Source of the DNA: an uncultured Planctomycetales bacterium
GTDB taxonomy: Bacteria; Omnitrophota; Gorgyraeia; Zapsychrales; JAHFFX01
Direction of reading: 5' to 3'
DNA: 64,000 nt
Assembly: GCA_964464475.1 (NCBI GenBank)
Contig: CAYXGG010000002.1
Span: 93,455-157,454 of the forward strand
The notes beneath the pieces were generated by a model. It worked only from the letters and a program-made list of their open reading frames with translations. It made no database searches and had not been told where the DNA came from. Below, one piece after another: positions 48,441 to 57,817 of this stretch. Within the stretch, counting starts at the first letter, position 1. Every line of letters starts with the position of its first letter. A program made the translations under genes and the position numbers.

Positions 48441-49670
48441 CTAGGCCGTTGCCGCGGTCTCCTGGGTCAGAGACTGCACTTTATGCTTTAACCGCCATTC
48501 TCCATTATGTCGTTCCCACAAATGCGGTCCCATTTCCCGATAAAAATTAATAACCTGCCAGAACTCCTCGTCCGTGATTCCTAAATATTCCAGAAATTCT
48601 TTATAGTATTTTTGCGGAAATTCACCGTCATAGCGATGCACCAACGCGACCCCTTCATCGCGAGTCAAATGACCATCGCGAATTTCATGCGCGGCGTCCG
48701 AAGTGGCGCGCGCGATGCCAAACTTAATGTACGCCAGATAAAAATGAAAACCATCCGTCTTATCATCCAGACTTGCGTACTTAGAGTACGTCCCTTCTGA
48801 ACGGCCGTCATAATTGGCCTGAAAACCGGTGTGATCGACGGCGTAATAGTAATTTTCCTGAGGAACCCATTTTTTGTAAAAAGAAAACCAATGCATGGCG
48901 GGGTTTAAATCCTGCAGATCCTTAGGGCTAGGCGGACGATACAGCTCAAAGTTATTATCCTTCAACTCTTCCGGTTTAAAATAGCCGCATTTAAGACCGT
49001 GCTCCAAGATTTCGTCAATACCTGACCCTTTAAAATAAAAATCTTTCCAATCGGCGATGGGTTCCGCGGGCTTATCCCAGTTCTTCATCGATCCGCCATA
49101 TTCGATCTCACCGCTTTCTCCATAAAAAATCAGCGGAATTTTAAACTTACAGGCGATATGAAATGCATAAGCCTTCTGGCCATACGCGAAAGGTTCCCAC
49201 GCATCCCCCAACAATTCAAACGCCAAGCGCGCGAGTTTGCGATGATAAATGCCGTTAGGAAAACACAACAAATTATCAAACCCATGATCCTTAAACGCCA
49301 GATAATTCGCCCAACCGACTTCCGTATACATAAAGGGCGCCCACGTAATCGTCAAAGGATGCATGCCGTAGCGATATTTCAACTGATGCGCGACATAAGC
49401 GCTGTCCTTCCCGCCGCTACCGGGCACAACGCAATCATAACTGCCATCTTTCGAACGGTATTTATCCAATAATTCAACCAGCATGGCCTCGCGCTTGGTC
49501 CAATCAATGACGTTGTGTTTCATATGGGCATACTGACAGGCACTGCAGACACCGTGCTCATCAAAGGTAATCCGCGGACGCTGATTTGAGACGACGCATT
49601 TACGGCAATACTTGACCTCCTTCGGACGATTAGCTTGCTGACGATCTAGAGTTTTATTGGGAAACAACAT
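48441..49670 (-). CDS. N-acetyl sugar amidotransferase (WbpG/LfnA/PseA-type PP-loop ATPase)
   Basis: N-terminal Cys4 ribbon CRKCVVSNQRPRITFDEHGVCSACQ, then the PP-loop SGGKDS (VVPGSGGKDSAY). Confidence 0.8.
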   Translation of the reverse strand: MLFPNKTLDRQQANRPKEVKYCRKCVVSNQRPRITFDEHGVCSACQYAHMKHNVIDWTKREAMLVELLDKYRSKDGSYDCVVPGSGGKDSAYVAHQLKYRYGMHPLTITWAPFMYTEVGWANYLAFKDHGFDNLLCFPNGIYHRKLARLAFELLGDAWEPFAYGQKAYAFHIACKFKIPLIFYGESGEIEYGGSMKNWDKPAEPIADWKDFYFKGSGIDEILEHGLKCGYFKPEELKDNNFELYRPPSPKDLQDLNPAMHWFSFYKKWVPQENYYYAVDHTGFQANYDGRSEGTYSKYASLDDKTDGFHFYLAYIKFGIARATSDAAHEIRDGHLTRDEGVALVHRYDGEFPQKYYKEFLEYLGITDEEFWQVINFYREMGPHLWERHNGEWRLKHKVQSLTQETAATA

Positions 49671-49680
49671 AATGAACCTC

Positions 49681-50325
49681 CTAAACTGAATGGATAAAAT
49701 TTTTCAAAATGGTCATGCCCACATCCGCGCTCACTTCCGGATGAAACTGACATCCCGTTAAATTCTCTTTTTTCACCACCGAACAAAAGCGATTGATACC
49801 GTAATCCGTCTCGGCCACAATATGACTTCTCTCCTGGGGCTGGACCATAAAGGAATGCACGAAATAGACACAGGATTCCACAGGCACATCGCGTAAAACG
49901 GACTCCTTCCAAATAGCAGCATTCTCTGCAAGTCGTAAACGATTCCAACCCACGTGCGGAATTTTATGAACCGTACCCCCATTAGCATTCTGCAAGCGGC
50001 GCACATGCCCGGGGATCAAATCCAATCCCTCATGCAAGCCAAACTCTTCGCTATCCGACAATAATAACTGCATTCCCAAACATATGCCCAAAAGAGGCTT
50101 TCCCGTCAAAGCAAACTGCTGAATCGCTTCCACAAAATGTCGCGCTTTTAGATTCACCATGCCGTCGCCAAACGCCCCCACGCCCGGTAAAATGACCCGA
50201 TCAGCCTTAAGAACCGGCTCGGGCTCCTGAGTCACGACCGAACGACCGCCGCAATGAGTGACGACCTTTTCTAAATTAAATAAATTCCCCATCCCATAAT
50301 CGATGATGACGACTTCGGGTTTCAT
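49681..50325 (-). CDS. imidazole-glycerol-phosphate synthase HisH-like glutamine amidotransferase (polysaccharide-locus paralog)
   Basis: VVIIDYGMGNL, the catalytic Cys in GICLGMQLL, and HVGWN. Confidence 0.85.
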   Translation of the reverse strand: MKPEVVIIDYGMGNLFNLEKVVTHCGGRSVVTQEPEPVLKADRVILPGVGAFGDGMVNLKARHFVEAIQQFALTGKPLLGICLGMQLLLSDSEEFGLHEGLDLIPGHVRRLQNANGGTVHKIPHVGWNRLRLAENAAIWKESVLRDVPVESCVYFVHSFMVQPQERSHIVAETDYGINRFCSVVKKENLTGCQFHPEVSADVGMTILKNFIHSV

Positions 50326-51209
50326 AGCGCGATCTGGTGGGCAACGTTGCCCGTCATTCTACAGGCAATACCGGCGGATGACAATTGTTCCTTCACTTGA
50401 ATCACGCTGGAAGCCTGAATTCTGTTTTTCATAAAATCAATCGTGTCCCGACTACGCTTTAAAAACTCGACATTGCCTTCTGCTTGAAATTTATCCGCGT
50501 TCGCCAGTGCTGCTAAACGGTGATAATGAAAAATCGAAGCCGCGCACACCGCGTCCGGACGAGCTTCCAAAACCAATTCGCTAAAATGTTCCGGCTTTCC
50601 CGCGCCCCCACAGGCAATGACCGGCACGGGCACGCTTTGCGCTATTTTCTTAATCAACGCCAGATCAAATCCCCGTCCCGTACCTTCTTTGTCAACGCTA
50701 GTGATCAACAGTTCTCCTGCGCCTAAATCCACTGCTTCTCGAGCCCAATCCCAAACATCCTTCCCACTCTTTTCTCTGGAATTATCCGTCATGGCTTCGT
50801 ACCGACCAGGCTCGCGCATTTTTGCCTGAATAGAAATAACGATGCACTGCGAACCAAAGACCCGGGCCGCTTCTTTAATAAATCCCGGGTTACGAATGGC
50901 CGCCGTGTTAATGGCGACTTTATCCGCCCCAGCGCGCAATAAATGCCGGATATCATCGATCGACCGAATCCCCCCACCTGCTGTCAGCGGAATAAAGTTG
51001 TCTGCGGCAGCGCGTCTCACAATATCCAATAAATTCTGTCGACCATAGAGGCTGGCCACGCTATCGATATAAATTAATTCATCAGCGCCGTCCTGATAAT
51101 ATTTGGAAGCAAAATCTTCCGGCTTACCTAGGACGCGGAGGCCTTCAAAATGCACGCCCTTGACCAAATTGGGCCCCTTTATATCTAATCGCACAATGAC
51201 GCGGATCAT
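50322..51209 (-). CDS. imidazole-glycerol-phosphate synthase HisF-like cyclase subunit (polysaccharide-locus paralog)
   Basis: MIRVIVRLDIKG...DELIYIDS...GGGIRS give the HisF TIM-barrel motifs. Confidence 0.85.
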   Translation of the reverse strand: MIRVIVRLDIKGPNLVKGVHFEGLRVLGKPEDFASKYYQDGADELIYIDSVASLYGRQNLLDIVRRAAADNFIPLTAGGGIRSIDDIRHLLRAGADKVAINTAAIRNPGFIKEAARVFGSQCIVISIQAKMREPGRYEAMTDNSREKSGKDVWDWAREAVDLGAGELLITSVDKEGTGRGFDLALIKKIAQSVPVPVIACGGAGKPEHFSELVLEARPDAVCAASIFHYHRLAALANADKFQAEGNVEFLKRSRDTIDFMKNRIQASSVIQVKEQLSSAGIACRMTGNVAHQIAL

Positions 51210-51318
51210 AAAATAGTTCTCGTAGAAATTCCTAGATTCTCAGCAAGTATCATCATTATTTAAGTTGCTTTGAATAAAGAACCTTTCGTACTTCGGTAAC
51301 CTAGTCAACATTAACCGT

Positions 51319-51996
51319 TTAGTTATGCGCTGATTCTTCATCCACTTTTACCGCCGGAACCCCCACCGCCGTGACGTGGCCGGCCAAGTGCTTTACCACC
51401 ACCGCTCCCGCTCCGACCAGCGTTTTTTCCCCAATGGTAATCCCTTGAATGACCGTGGCTCCGGTTCCAATATGCGATCCCGCGCCCACAGTGACATTCC
51501 CGGATAGCGTCACTCCCGGCGCGATATGCGTGTGCGCGCCAATCACGCAATCATGATCAATGGTCGCGCGCGTATTAATAATCACGTTTTCACCAATCTG
51601 AGCCCCGGGATTGATGACGGCCCCGGCCATGACCTGCGCGCCCATCGCTAATTTTGCCGATCGCGAAATGATGGCCTGCGGATGAATGACCGACAAAAAT
51701 TCAAAACCACGCTCTACGTACGTGTCAAAGATCTGCTGACGCTGTTGAGGTAATCGAACCGATCCGATCCCATTAACTAAAATTACTTTCCGGGAAGAAT
51801 ACTTCTGTAAAGAATCATCCGTTCCCAAATATTTCAACCCAAGGTCTTCATTAGGTTTTAAATCGGTGTATCCGAGAATTTCACATTCTGGCGTTAGGTC
51901 TAAAATATCTTTTAATACCCGCGCGTGCCCACCACCTCCCAAGAGGATGACTGAGCGCGCGACCGCTGGCGATTTCTGTTTAGCCAATTTTTTCAT
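51319..51996 (-). CDS. PglD/NeuD-family hexapeptide-repeat sugar N-/O-acetyltransferase
   Basis: ILLGGGGHARVLKDIL N-terminal Rossmann-like region. C-terminal left-handed beta-helix hexapeptide repeats (IGAHTHIAPGVTLSGNVTVGAGSHIGTGATVIQG). Confidence 0.8.
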   Translation of the reverse strand: MKKLAKQKSPAVARSVILLGGGGHARVLKDILDLTPECEILGYTDLKPNEDLGLKYLGTDDSLQKYSSRKVILVNGIGSVRLPQQRQQIFDTYVERGFEFLSVIHPQAIISRSAKLAMGAQVMAGAVINPGAQIGENVIINTRATIDHDCVIGAHTHIAPGVTLSGNVTVGAGSHIGTGATVIQGITIGEKTLVGAGAVVVKHLAGHVTAVGVPAVKVDEESAHN

Positions 51997-53137
51997 AGAA
52001 TTTTTTTGCCAACAATTGTTTTAAGTCCACGTTTGCTAGCTTTTGAACAATGCGTCGCGCGGCGTGTCCATCCCCATAAGGATTAGTCATCGCACGCAAA
52101 GATTGCTTAAATCGAGCGGATAGCGCCTGCTTAATGCCCCGTTCAATAGCTACGGCGGTCGGCAACACATCAATCACGTTGCGTCCCCGCAGTCGACCGG
52201 CCTGACGATTACCTACATTGACCACCGGCAACTTAAAACTCGCCGCCTCGATGATTCCGCTCGATGAATTTCCCACCATCGCCGCGGCCTGAGCGAGCAG
52301 ACTAACATACCCACGCTGACCGAAACTGGCCACAAAAGTCGCGTTGGAATTCAATTTGACAAAGCGAAGGAGATGTTTTTTTATTTGAATCCCCGCCGGG
52401 TCGGCATTAGGCGCCGTAAAAACCAGCGAACATTCCCGAAAACGAGACAGCGCGGCAAGTAAATTCCGGATATAACCATCAGTTTTGGATAACTCTAACG
52501 TCACGGGATGAAACGTAACGACCACTAAAGGTCGGTCCGTGTTAAATCCCCATTGCCGACCTAGTTCATCTCGGCTCATCCGCGGTAATAACCGTAAATT
52601 ATCCAAACCCGGCGCGCCGCTAACCGAAACGCGCCAAGGCTCCTCGCCCATTAAATAAAGTCGTCGAGCGAATTCTGGGGTCGCGGGAAAATGCAAATGA
52701 CTTAATTTAGTCAACGAATGTCGAAACAATTCATCAATCGCTCCATAAGTCGTTTCTCCCCCATGTAAATGCGCCAAAGGAATATTAAACGGCACCGCCG
52801 CCAGCGCCGCCGCGTGCATTTCGTAGCGATCCCCGAGTACCAGTACAATATCCGGCCGTGTCTTCTTAAAAACCTGCGCGAAACCACGCGTCACTTCCCC
52901 CATCGTCCCGGCTATCCCCGCCGCCGAATCATCAGCCAGCGACACCTTGACTTGAGCACGAATCGGAAAGCCATCCCGCTTAATAAATTTAATGGTCTGT
53001 CCATGCGCAGCGGACAAATGCGAACCGGTGACATACAGCTGTAACGTTAAGTCCGAATGACGCATGATTTCAGCGAGGACCGGAAAATAAATCCCATAAT
53101 CCGCGCGGCTCGTTGTGATGACACCGATGGTTCTCAC
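51980..53137 (-). CDS. neuC: UDP-N-acetylglucosamine 2-epimerase (hydrolysing), NeuC/LegG-like
   Basis: MRTIGVITTSRADYGIYFPV...DIVLVLGDRYEMHAAALAA...HLHGGE gives the NeuC-family pattern. Confidence 0.85.
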   Translation of the reverse strand: MRTIGVITTSRADYGIYFPVLAEIMRHSDLTLQLYVTGSHLSAAHGQTIKFIKRDGFPIRAQVKVSLADDSAAGIAGTMGEVTRGFAQVFKKTRPDIVLVLGDRYEMHAAALAAVPFNIPLAHLHGGETTYGAIDELFRHSLTKLSHLHFPATPEFARRLYLMGEEPWRVSVSGAPGLDNLRLLPRMSRDELGRQWGFNTDRPLVVVTFHPVTLELSKTDGYIRNLLAALSRFRECSLVFTAPNADPAGIQIKKHLLRFVKLNSNATFVASFGQRGYVSLLAQAAAMVGNSSSGIIEAASFKLPVVNVGNRQAGRLRGRNVIDVLPTAVAIERGIKQALSARFKQSLRAMTNPYGDGHAARRIVQKLANVDLKQLLAKKFYEKIG

Positions 53138-54186
53138 GTAAACATCTCCAAAGATAATAATTTGTCTTTACCAATGTTGACCTTGGCGGTTTTCCCTAAT
53201 AAAGAAGAGCGCATCACCGGCGGTAGCCCGGTTCCGGGACGCTTCACCGCGATCATCGCCTCAGTCACCACCGTTCCGGCTTTAATGTCCACGGCCGCCA
53301 CCAAACTTTTACGTACCAATGCCGCAGTATGAATCTCCGTTTCCGTCGGCTTTCGTTCTCCAACGCCCAGCGCGACCTGCACATTACGAATCCCCCGGAC
53401 CAACTCTTTTAATTGTTTGGGATCCAATGAAATCTTGTGATCTGGTCCTTCTTCATCGGTGTTCAAGGTAAAATGTTTTTCAATCACGCAAGCCCCCAGC
53501 GCCACCGCCGCCAACGGCACTTCCAACCCCAAGGTATGATCAGAAAATCCAACCGGCACATGAAATTTCTGGGCAAGCGTGCGCATAAACGACAAGTGCA
53601 CGTCTTCGGGACTTGTCGGATAATCACTCACACAGTGAAGCAAGACCAAGTCCTTATTTCCCGTGGCGCGAATTGATTTGACCGCGAGTTCAATCTCATC
53701 CATCAAGGCCATGCCGGTTGACACAATCATGGGCTTTCCCTTTTTCGCAACATGAATTAAAAAGGGAATGTTGGTGATTTCGCCGGAAGGAATTTTAAAA
53801 ACTTTCAATCCCAGTTTATTCAAGAAATCCGCGCTTTTGATATCAAACGGCGTTGATAAAAAATTAATCTTCTTATCTAAACAATATTCATAAAGTTCAA
53901 ATTGATCGGCCGCCGACAGTTCCAGTTTCTTGAGCATCGACAACTGCGATCCACCCGATTTGGTGTTTTTCTTTTGATACGCCGCTTTGGGCGCCTCATC
54001 GGTAACCAGTTCTTCAGCGTGAAAACTCTGAAATTTGATCGCGTCCGCGCCAGCTTCCGCGGCCACATCGACCATCTTCTTGGCAATTTTTAACTCGCCG
54101 TTGTGGTTAACCCCCGCCTCGGCAATGACAAAACAATGTTCAGGATCAATGACTTTCTGCCAGACCGGTTTTACCATGCCGTCCAA
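53134..54186 (-). CDS. neuB: N-acetylneuraminate-type (nonulosonate) synthase, NeuB/LegI-like
   Basis: FVIAEAGVNHNG...KFQ...FKIPSGEITN...IVSTGM and a C-terminal SAF/antifreeze-like domain. Confidence 0.9.
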   Translation of the reverse strand: MDGMVKPVWQKVIDPEHCFVIAEAGVNHNGELKIAKKMVDVAAEAGADAIKFQSFHAEELVTDEAPKAAYQKKNTKSGGSQLSMLKKLELSAADQFELYEYCLDKKINFLSTPFDIKSADFLNKLGLKVFKIPSGEITNIPFLIHVAKKGKPMIVSTGMALMDEIELAVKSIRATGNKDLVLLHCVSDYPTSPEDVHLSFMRTLAQKFHVPVGFSDHTLGLEVPLAAVALGACVIEKHFTLNTDEEGPDHKISLDPKQLKELVRGIRNVQVALGVGERKPTETEIHTAALVRKSLVAAVDIKAGTVVTEAMIAVKRPGTGLPPVMRSSLLGKTAKVNIGKDKLLSLEMFT

Positions 54187-54974
54187 CCTCCATCCACGAC
54201 GAGATTATGCCCCGTCACGTACGCGGACAAATCGCTCGCCAAATAGACAATCGCGCCTTTTAAATCTTCTTCCGTGGCCATCCGGCGTAACGGGGTACGG
54301 GCGACGTATTTCTTCAAAAAACTTTTAGGCTGATTACGAAAAACGCCACCCACGGAAATCATGTTGGCGCGCACCTGCGGAGCCAATGCCGTCGATAACC
54401 AACGCGTGAATTGCAATAGTCCACCTTTGCTGGCCGCGTAGGCGGCGGGATTGCCCAAGCCAGTTCCCGCGTATAAACTTAAATCCGGTCCCACCATTCC
54501 GTAAATTGAACCGATGTTAATGATCGCGCCGTGACCGGATTTCTTAAGCAAAGGCTCACACGCTTGGATCAAAGAAAACGTCGCCGTCAGATTAACTTCC
54601 AGTGCCTGGCGCCAGGTATGTACATCCTGTTTGGCAAACGGCACGGCCCACCCTTTAAGTTGGGACGTACCCACCAAGGCAGCGCAATTAATGAGCACAT
54701 CCAATCGACCCAACATTTTGCTGACGATATTAGGAACGAGTTGGCTCGCGCCATCCTGAGCCAAATCCAGGACTAAAGGGAGTACTTTGACTTTAAATCG
54801 CTGTTGCAACGCACGTGCGGTTTTCTCGCAACCGGACCGGTTTAAATCTAACAATACTAAATTCGCACCCTGTTCGGCCAGTGCTTGGGCCAACACACAC
54901 CCGATGTGCCCTGCCCCGCCGGTGATCAGCGCCACGCGATTTCTTAAATTGCTTAATTCCTTAACGGTCTTCAT
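54171..54974 (-). CDS. SDR-family oxidoreductase
   Basis: VALITGGAGHIG and YAASKGGL. Confidence 0.8.
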   Translation of the reverse strand: MKTVKELSNLRNRVALITGGAGHIGCVLAQALAEQGANLVLLDLNRSGCEKTARALQQRFKVKVLPLVLDLAQDGASQLVPNIVSKMLGRLDVLINCAALVGTSQLKGWAVPFAKQDVHTWRQALEVNLTATFSLIQACEPLLKKSGHGAIINIGSIYGMVGPDLSLYAGTGLGNPAAYAASKGGLLQFTRWLSTALAPQVRANMISVGGVFRNQPKSFLKKYVARTPLRRMATEEDLKGAIVYLASDLSAYVTGHNLVVDGGWTAW

Positions 54975-55672
54975 GTTGTCCCTCGCTTCATCAAAAATTC
55001 CGCCAGTTTAAAATCAAACAACGTGTCAATATCCAAGGCCCGCTCAACCGGAACTTCAACCGCCTTCACCCGACCCGACAAAATAGAAGTTGTTGTCATG
55101 ACATAATCTCGACGCGCGGCATAGGCGACGGTGGTCACATCGTAGACTTTGGGCGCGGCCTGACGTTGAAAAAATTTCTTTTGAGAAATCACCACGGCCG
55201 CGTTCGCGGCTTTATCAACGGTCACCATATTAAAATACGGACTGCGCTGCGCGGGAGTCACCGTAATCACGGCGTCCGCATCAGTTGCCAATAGCTTATC
55301 CAAACAGCGCTGAATATCTTCCGGTTTCCTCAAAGGCGACGTCGTAGGAATCGTTACGATGACATCGACTCGCCGCCCCAACTGGGCTTCTACCGATCGG
55401 ATCGCGTGTTGCCAGGCTAGCAACTCCGGCGCCCGGTCCGTGGCTAACTCAGCCGGGCGCCGAAAAGGAACCTCAGCGCCAAACTGTTTTGCGACCCGCG
55501 CGATCTGAGCATCATCCGTAGACACAATCAAGCGATTGAGCCCTTTGACGCGCCGCGCCTGCTCAATCGCATAAGCAATGAGCGGTTGGCCGTTCAGCAG
55601 CTTGATATTTTTGCGAGGAACGCCTTTAGATCCCCCGCGGGCAAAAATAGCACCGAGCACAAATGGTTTCAT
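54971..55672 (-). CDS. neuA: acylneuraminate (nonulosonate) cytidylyltransferase, NeuA/LegF-like
   Basis: AIFARGGSKGVPRKNIKLLNGQPLIAYAI gives the CMP-NeuAc synthetase N-terminal signature. Confidence 0.85.
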   Translation of the reverse strand: MKPFVLGAIFARGGSKGVPRKNIKLLNGQPLIAYAIEQARRVKGLNRLIVSTDDAQIARVAKQFGAEVPFRRPAELATDRAPELLAWQHAIRSVEAQLGRRVDVIVTIPTTSPLRKPEDIQRCLDKLLATDADAVITVTPAQRSPYFNMVTVDKAANAAVVISQKKFFQRQAAPKVYDVTTVAYAARRDYVMTTTSILSGRVKAVEVPVERALDIDTLFDFKLAEFLMKRGTT

Positions 55673-55766
55673 AGAATAACTTTCTGCAGGACGAACGACG
55701 CTAGACGAGGGACGACTATTCTTCTGGTCCTGACACCCTTCTCTCTCATTCCTCGCAACATTCGGA

Positions 55767-56768
55767 TCATACCTTCACCGTTTTCCCCAGCTTCGCCGAT
55801 TCCTTAGCCGCGAGAGCAAGCTTTAGCACGCGCTGTCCGTCTTCTCCGGTGACCAACGGCTTTTGTCGCTTCTTGACACACGTAAAAAAATGCCGCAGTT
55901 CGTCAATAAACATCTGGTTATAATCGAGCGAAGGGACTGGCAATAGATTAATCCACTCTTTCTTGCCTGGATCAAAAAATCCAGTGTACGGCTGCGGACT
56001 CGAGTCCCAAACCAGCGTGCCTTCTGAGCCGATGACTCGACACGAACGATTCTGCGCCCGATCCACCATATCCAAATGAATATTACCTACGGCGTTATTT
56101 TTAAACTTAACGGTGATTTCCGCGAGATCTTCGACCTGGATCGGAAAATCACTCACTTTATGGACCACCGCGCTGACCTCTTTGATTTCACCGGCCAACC
56201 AACGGATATAATCTAACTCATGACTTAATTCAAAAACCACACCCCCGCCGAGATTCTTGCGCGCGCTGACATTGGTACGATAATCCGTTCCCGGTCGCCA
56301 TTCGGGAAGATAGCGACCGACAGTAGCCCGGATAGCCAGCACGCGACCAATACGCCCTTGGTCAATCAGACCTTTAAATAATTTTAAAGGTTCAAAAAAT
56401 CTTAGAACATATCCGACCATGAGGACCGTCCCCAACTTCCGGCATTCTTTAATGACCGGATCAATCTCCTCGACTTTCATCGCCATCGGTTTCTCAATAA
56501 ATAAATGACAACCCAGCTGCGCGAACGTTTTGGCCGTGGGCATATGCAGATTAGCCGGATTGCAAACGAAGACCGCGTCAGGACGCCAATTAATAGCGTC
56601 GATCGTACGCACAAAAACTTCAGACACTAAGGATTGATATTCTCCAATCTCCGTTTCTTTCGACTGTTGGCGCAAAACCGACACGGAAAATGACGGATCA
56701 ATGGCTTGCAAATTCTTTAAATGCCGTTTGCCGATGCTGCCAAACCCCACAATCAATACTTTCATCAC
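55767..56768 (-). CDS. Gfo/Idh/MocA-family oxidoreductase
   Basis: MKVLIVGFGSIGKRHL and EKP. Confidence 0.8.
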   Translation of the reverse strand: MMKVLIVGFGSIGKRHLKNLQAIDPSFSVSVLRQQSKETEIGEYQSLVSEVFVRTIDAINWRPDAVFVCNPANLHMPTAKTFAQLGCHLFIEKPMAMKVEEIDPVIKECRKLGTVLMVGYVLRFFEPLKLFKGLIDQGRIGRVLAIRATVGRYLPEWRPGTDYRTNVSARKNLGGGVVFELSHELDYIRWLAGEIKEVSAVVHKVSDFPIQVEDLAEITVKFKNNAVGNIHLDMVDRAQNRSCRVIGSEGTLVWDSSPQPYTGFFDPGKKEWINLLPVPSLDYNQMFIDELRHFFTCVKKRQKPLVTGEDGQRVLKLALAAKESAKLGKTVKV

Positions 56769-57736
56769 GCCCTCGCTACGGCTTGCATCTCGTCCGTCAA
56801 ACGCTCCGCGAGCTGCATCGTTTTTAAAGAACCTTCCAAATCCTGATCCGGCCAGCGTGTTTTGCCCGAAAGAACCATATCGCGCAAGGCCTCCATTTGC
56901 CGGTAAAAACCGGCTTTATACGTGACATCCTGTGGTTCCGGAACCAGCTCATGAGTTTGATAATCGCTGTCTACCCACCAGCCTTTTTCTAACGGTTTAA
57001 ACTCAACCGTTACGCCTTGACCATAAAGCACAACCCGCCATCCACCCGGTGAATACCAATGCGAAATGTACTGTCCGATGCCGCCCCGCTCTAATTCCAT
57101 GATCGCCCCAAACTGATCTCCTCGTTTTTCTAACAGCGAATGGCAAATAGTTTTAAGTTGCGATGGCTCTCCGCCAAAGAAACGCAATAAATCAATGGTG
57201 TGAATGCTGTTAGCGTACAGCCATTCATCCAACGCCAAAGGAGAGAACCGATTCATCGCTCGCACCTGCGGCATGCGTTCATGGCCTTCCACCAAGACCC
57301 CTAAAAGCCGACCGTGACGCTTCACCACCTCTAAGCCCTGATGAAAAATCGAATAATACCGACGATTAAACCCGACGAGTGTTGGTAATTTCTTAGCTTG
57401 GGCCAACTCGACCAGGGCTTTGTTTTCAGCAACGGAAATACCGGCCGGTTTCTCCACAAATAGCGGCAGCCCGAAGGCCAACGCTGCTTTCGTCACCGCA
57501 AACATCTGATCAATGGAAACCATCACCATTAAGGCGTCAGGCTTCGCGACACGCACCATCGTTTCGAGATTGTCTTCGCATACCGGAATACCATACTCTC
57601 CGGCCAACTCCTTAGCCTGTGGCAAAGAACGCGACATCAACCCCACCGCAGTCAAACCTTCAACGCCCTTAATCGCGTCCAAATGCAAGCGCGCGATACT
57701 TCCCGCGCCAATCAATCCAAGCCGTACTGTTTTCAT
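56765..57736 (-). CDS. Gfo/Idh/MocA-family oxidoreductase
   Basis: VRLGLIGAGSIARLHL and EKP. Confidence 0.8.
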   Translation of the reverse strand: MKTVRLGLIGAGSIARLHLDAIKGVEGLTAVGLMSRSLPQAKELAGEYGIPVCEDNLETMVRVAKPDALMVMVSIDQMFAVTKAALAFGLPLFVEKPAGISVAENKALVELAQAKKLPTLVGFNRRYYSIFHQGLEVVKRHGRLLGVLVEGHERMPQVRAMNRFSPLALDEWLYANSIHTIDLLRFFGGEPSQLKTICHSLLEKRGDQFGAIMELERGGIGQYISHWYSPGGWRVVLYGQGVTVEFKPLEKGWWVDSDYQTHELVPEPQDVTYKAGFYRQMEALRDMVLSGKTRWPDQDLEGSLKTMQLAERLTDEMQAVARA

Positions 57737-57817
57737 TGATCTCCCCGCCGAGGATGACGAAACAACGCAATGCTACCGTCTGCTTTCATCCCGCGGCTTT
57801 CCTCATTGTCTCAATTA

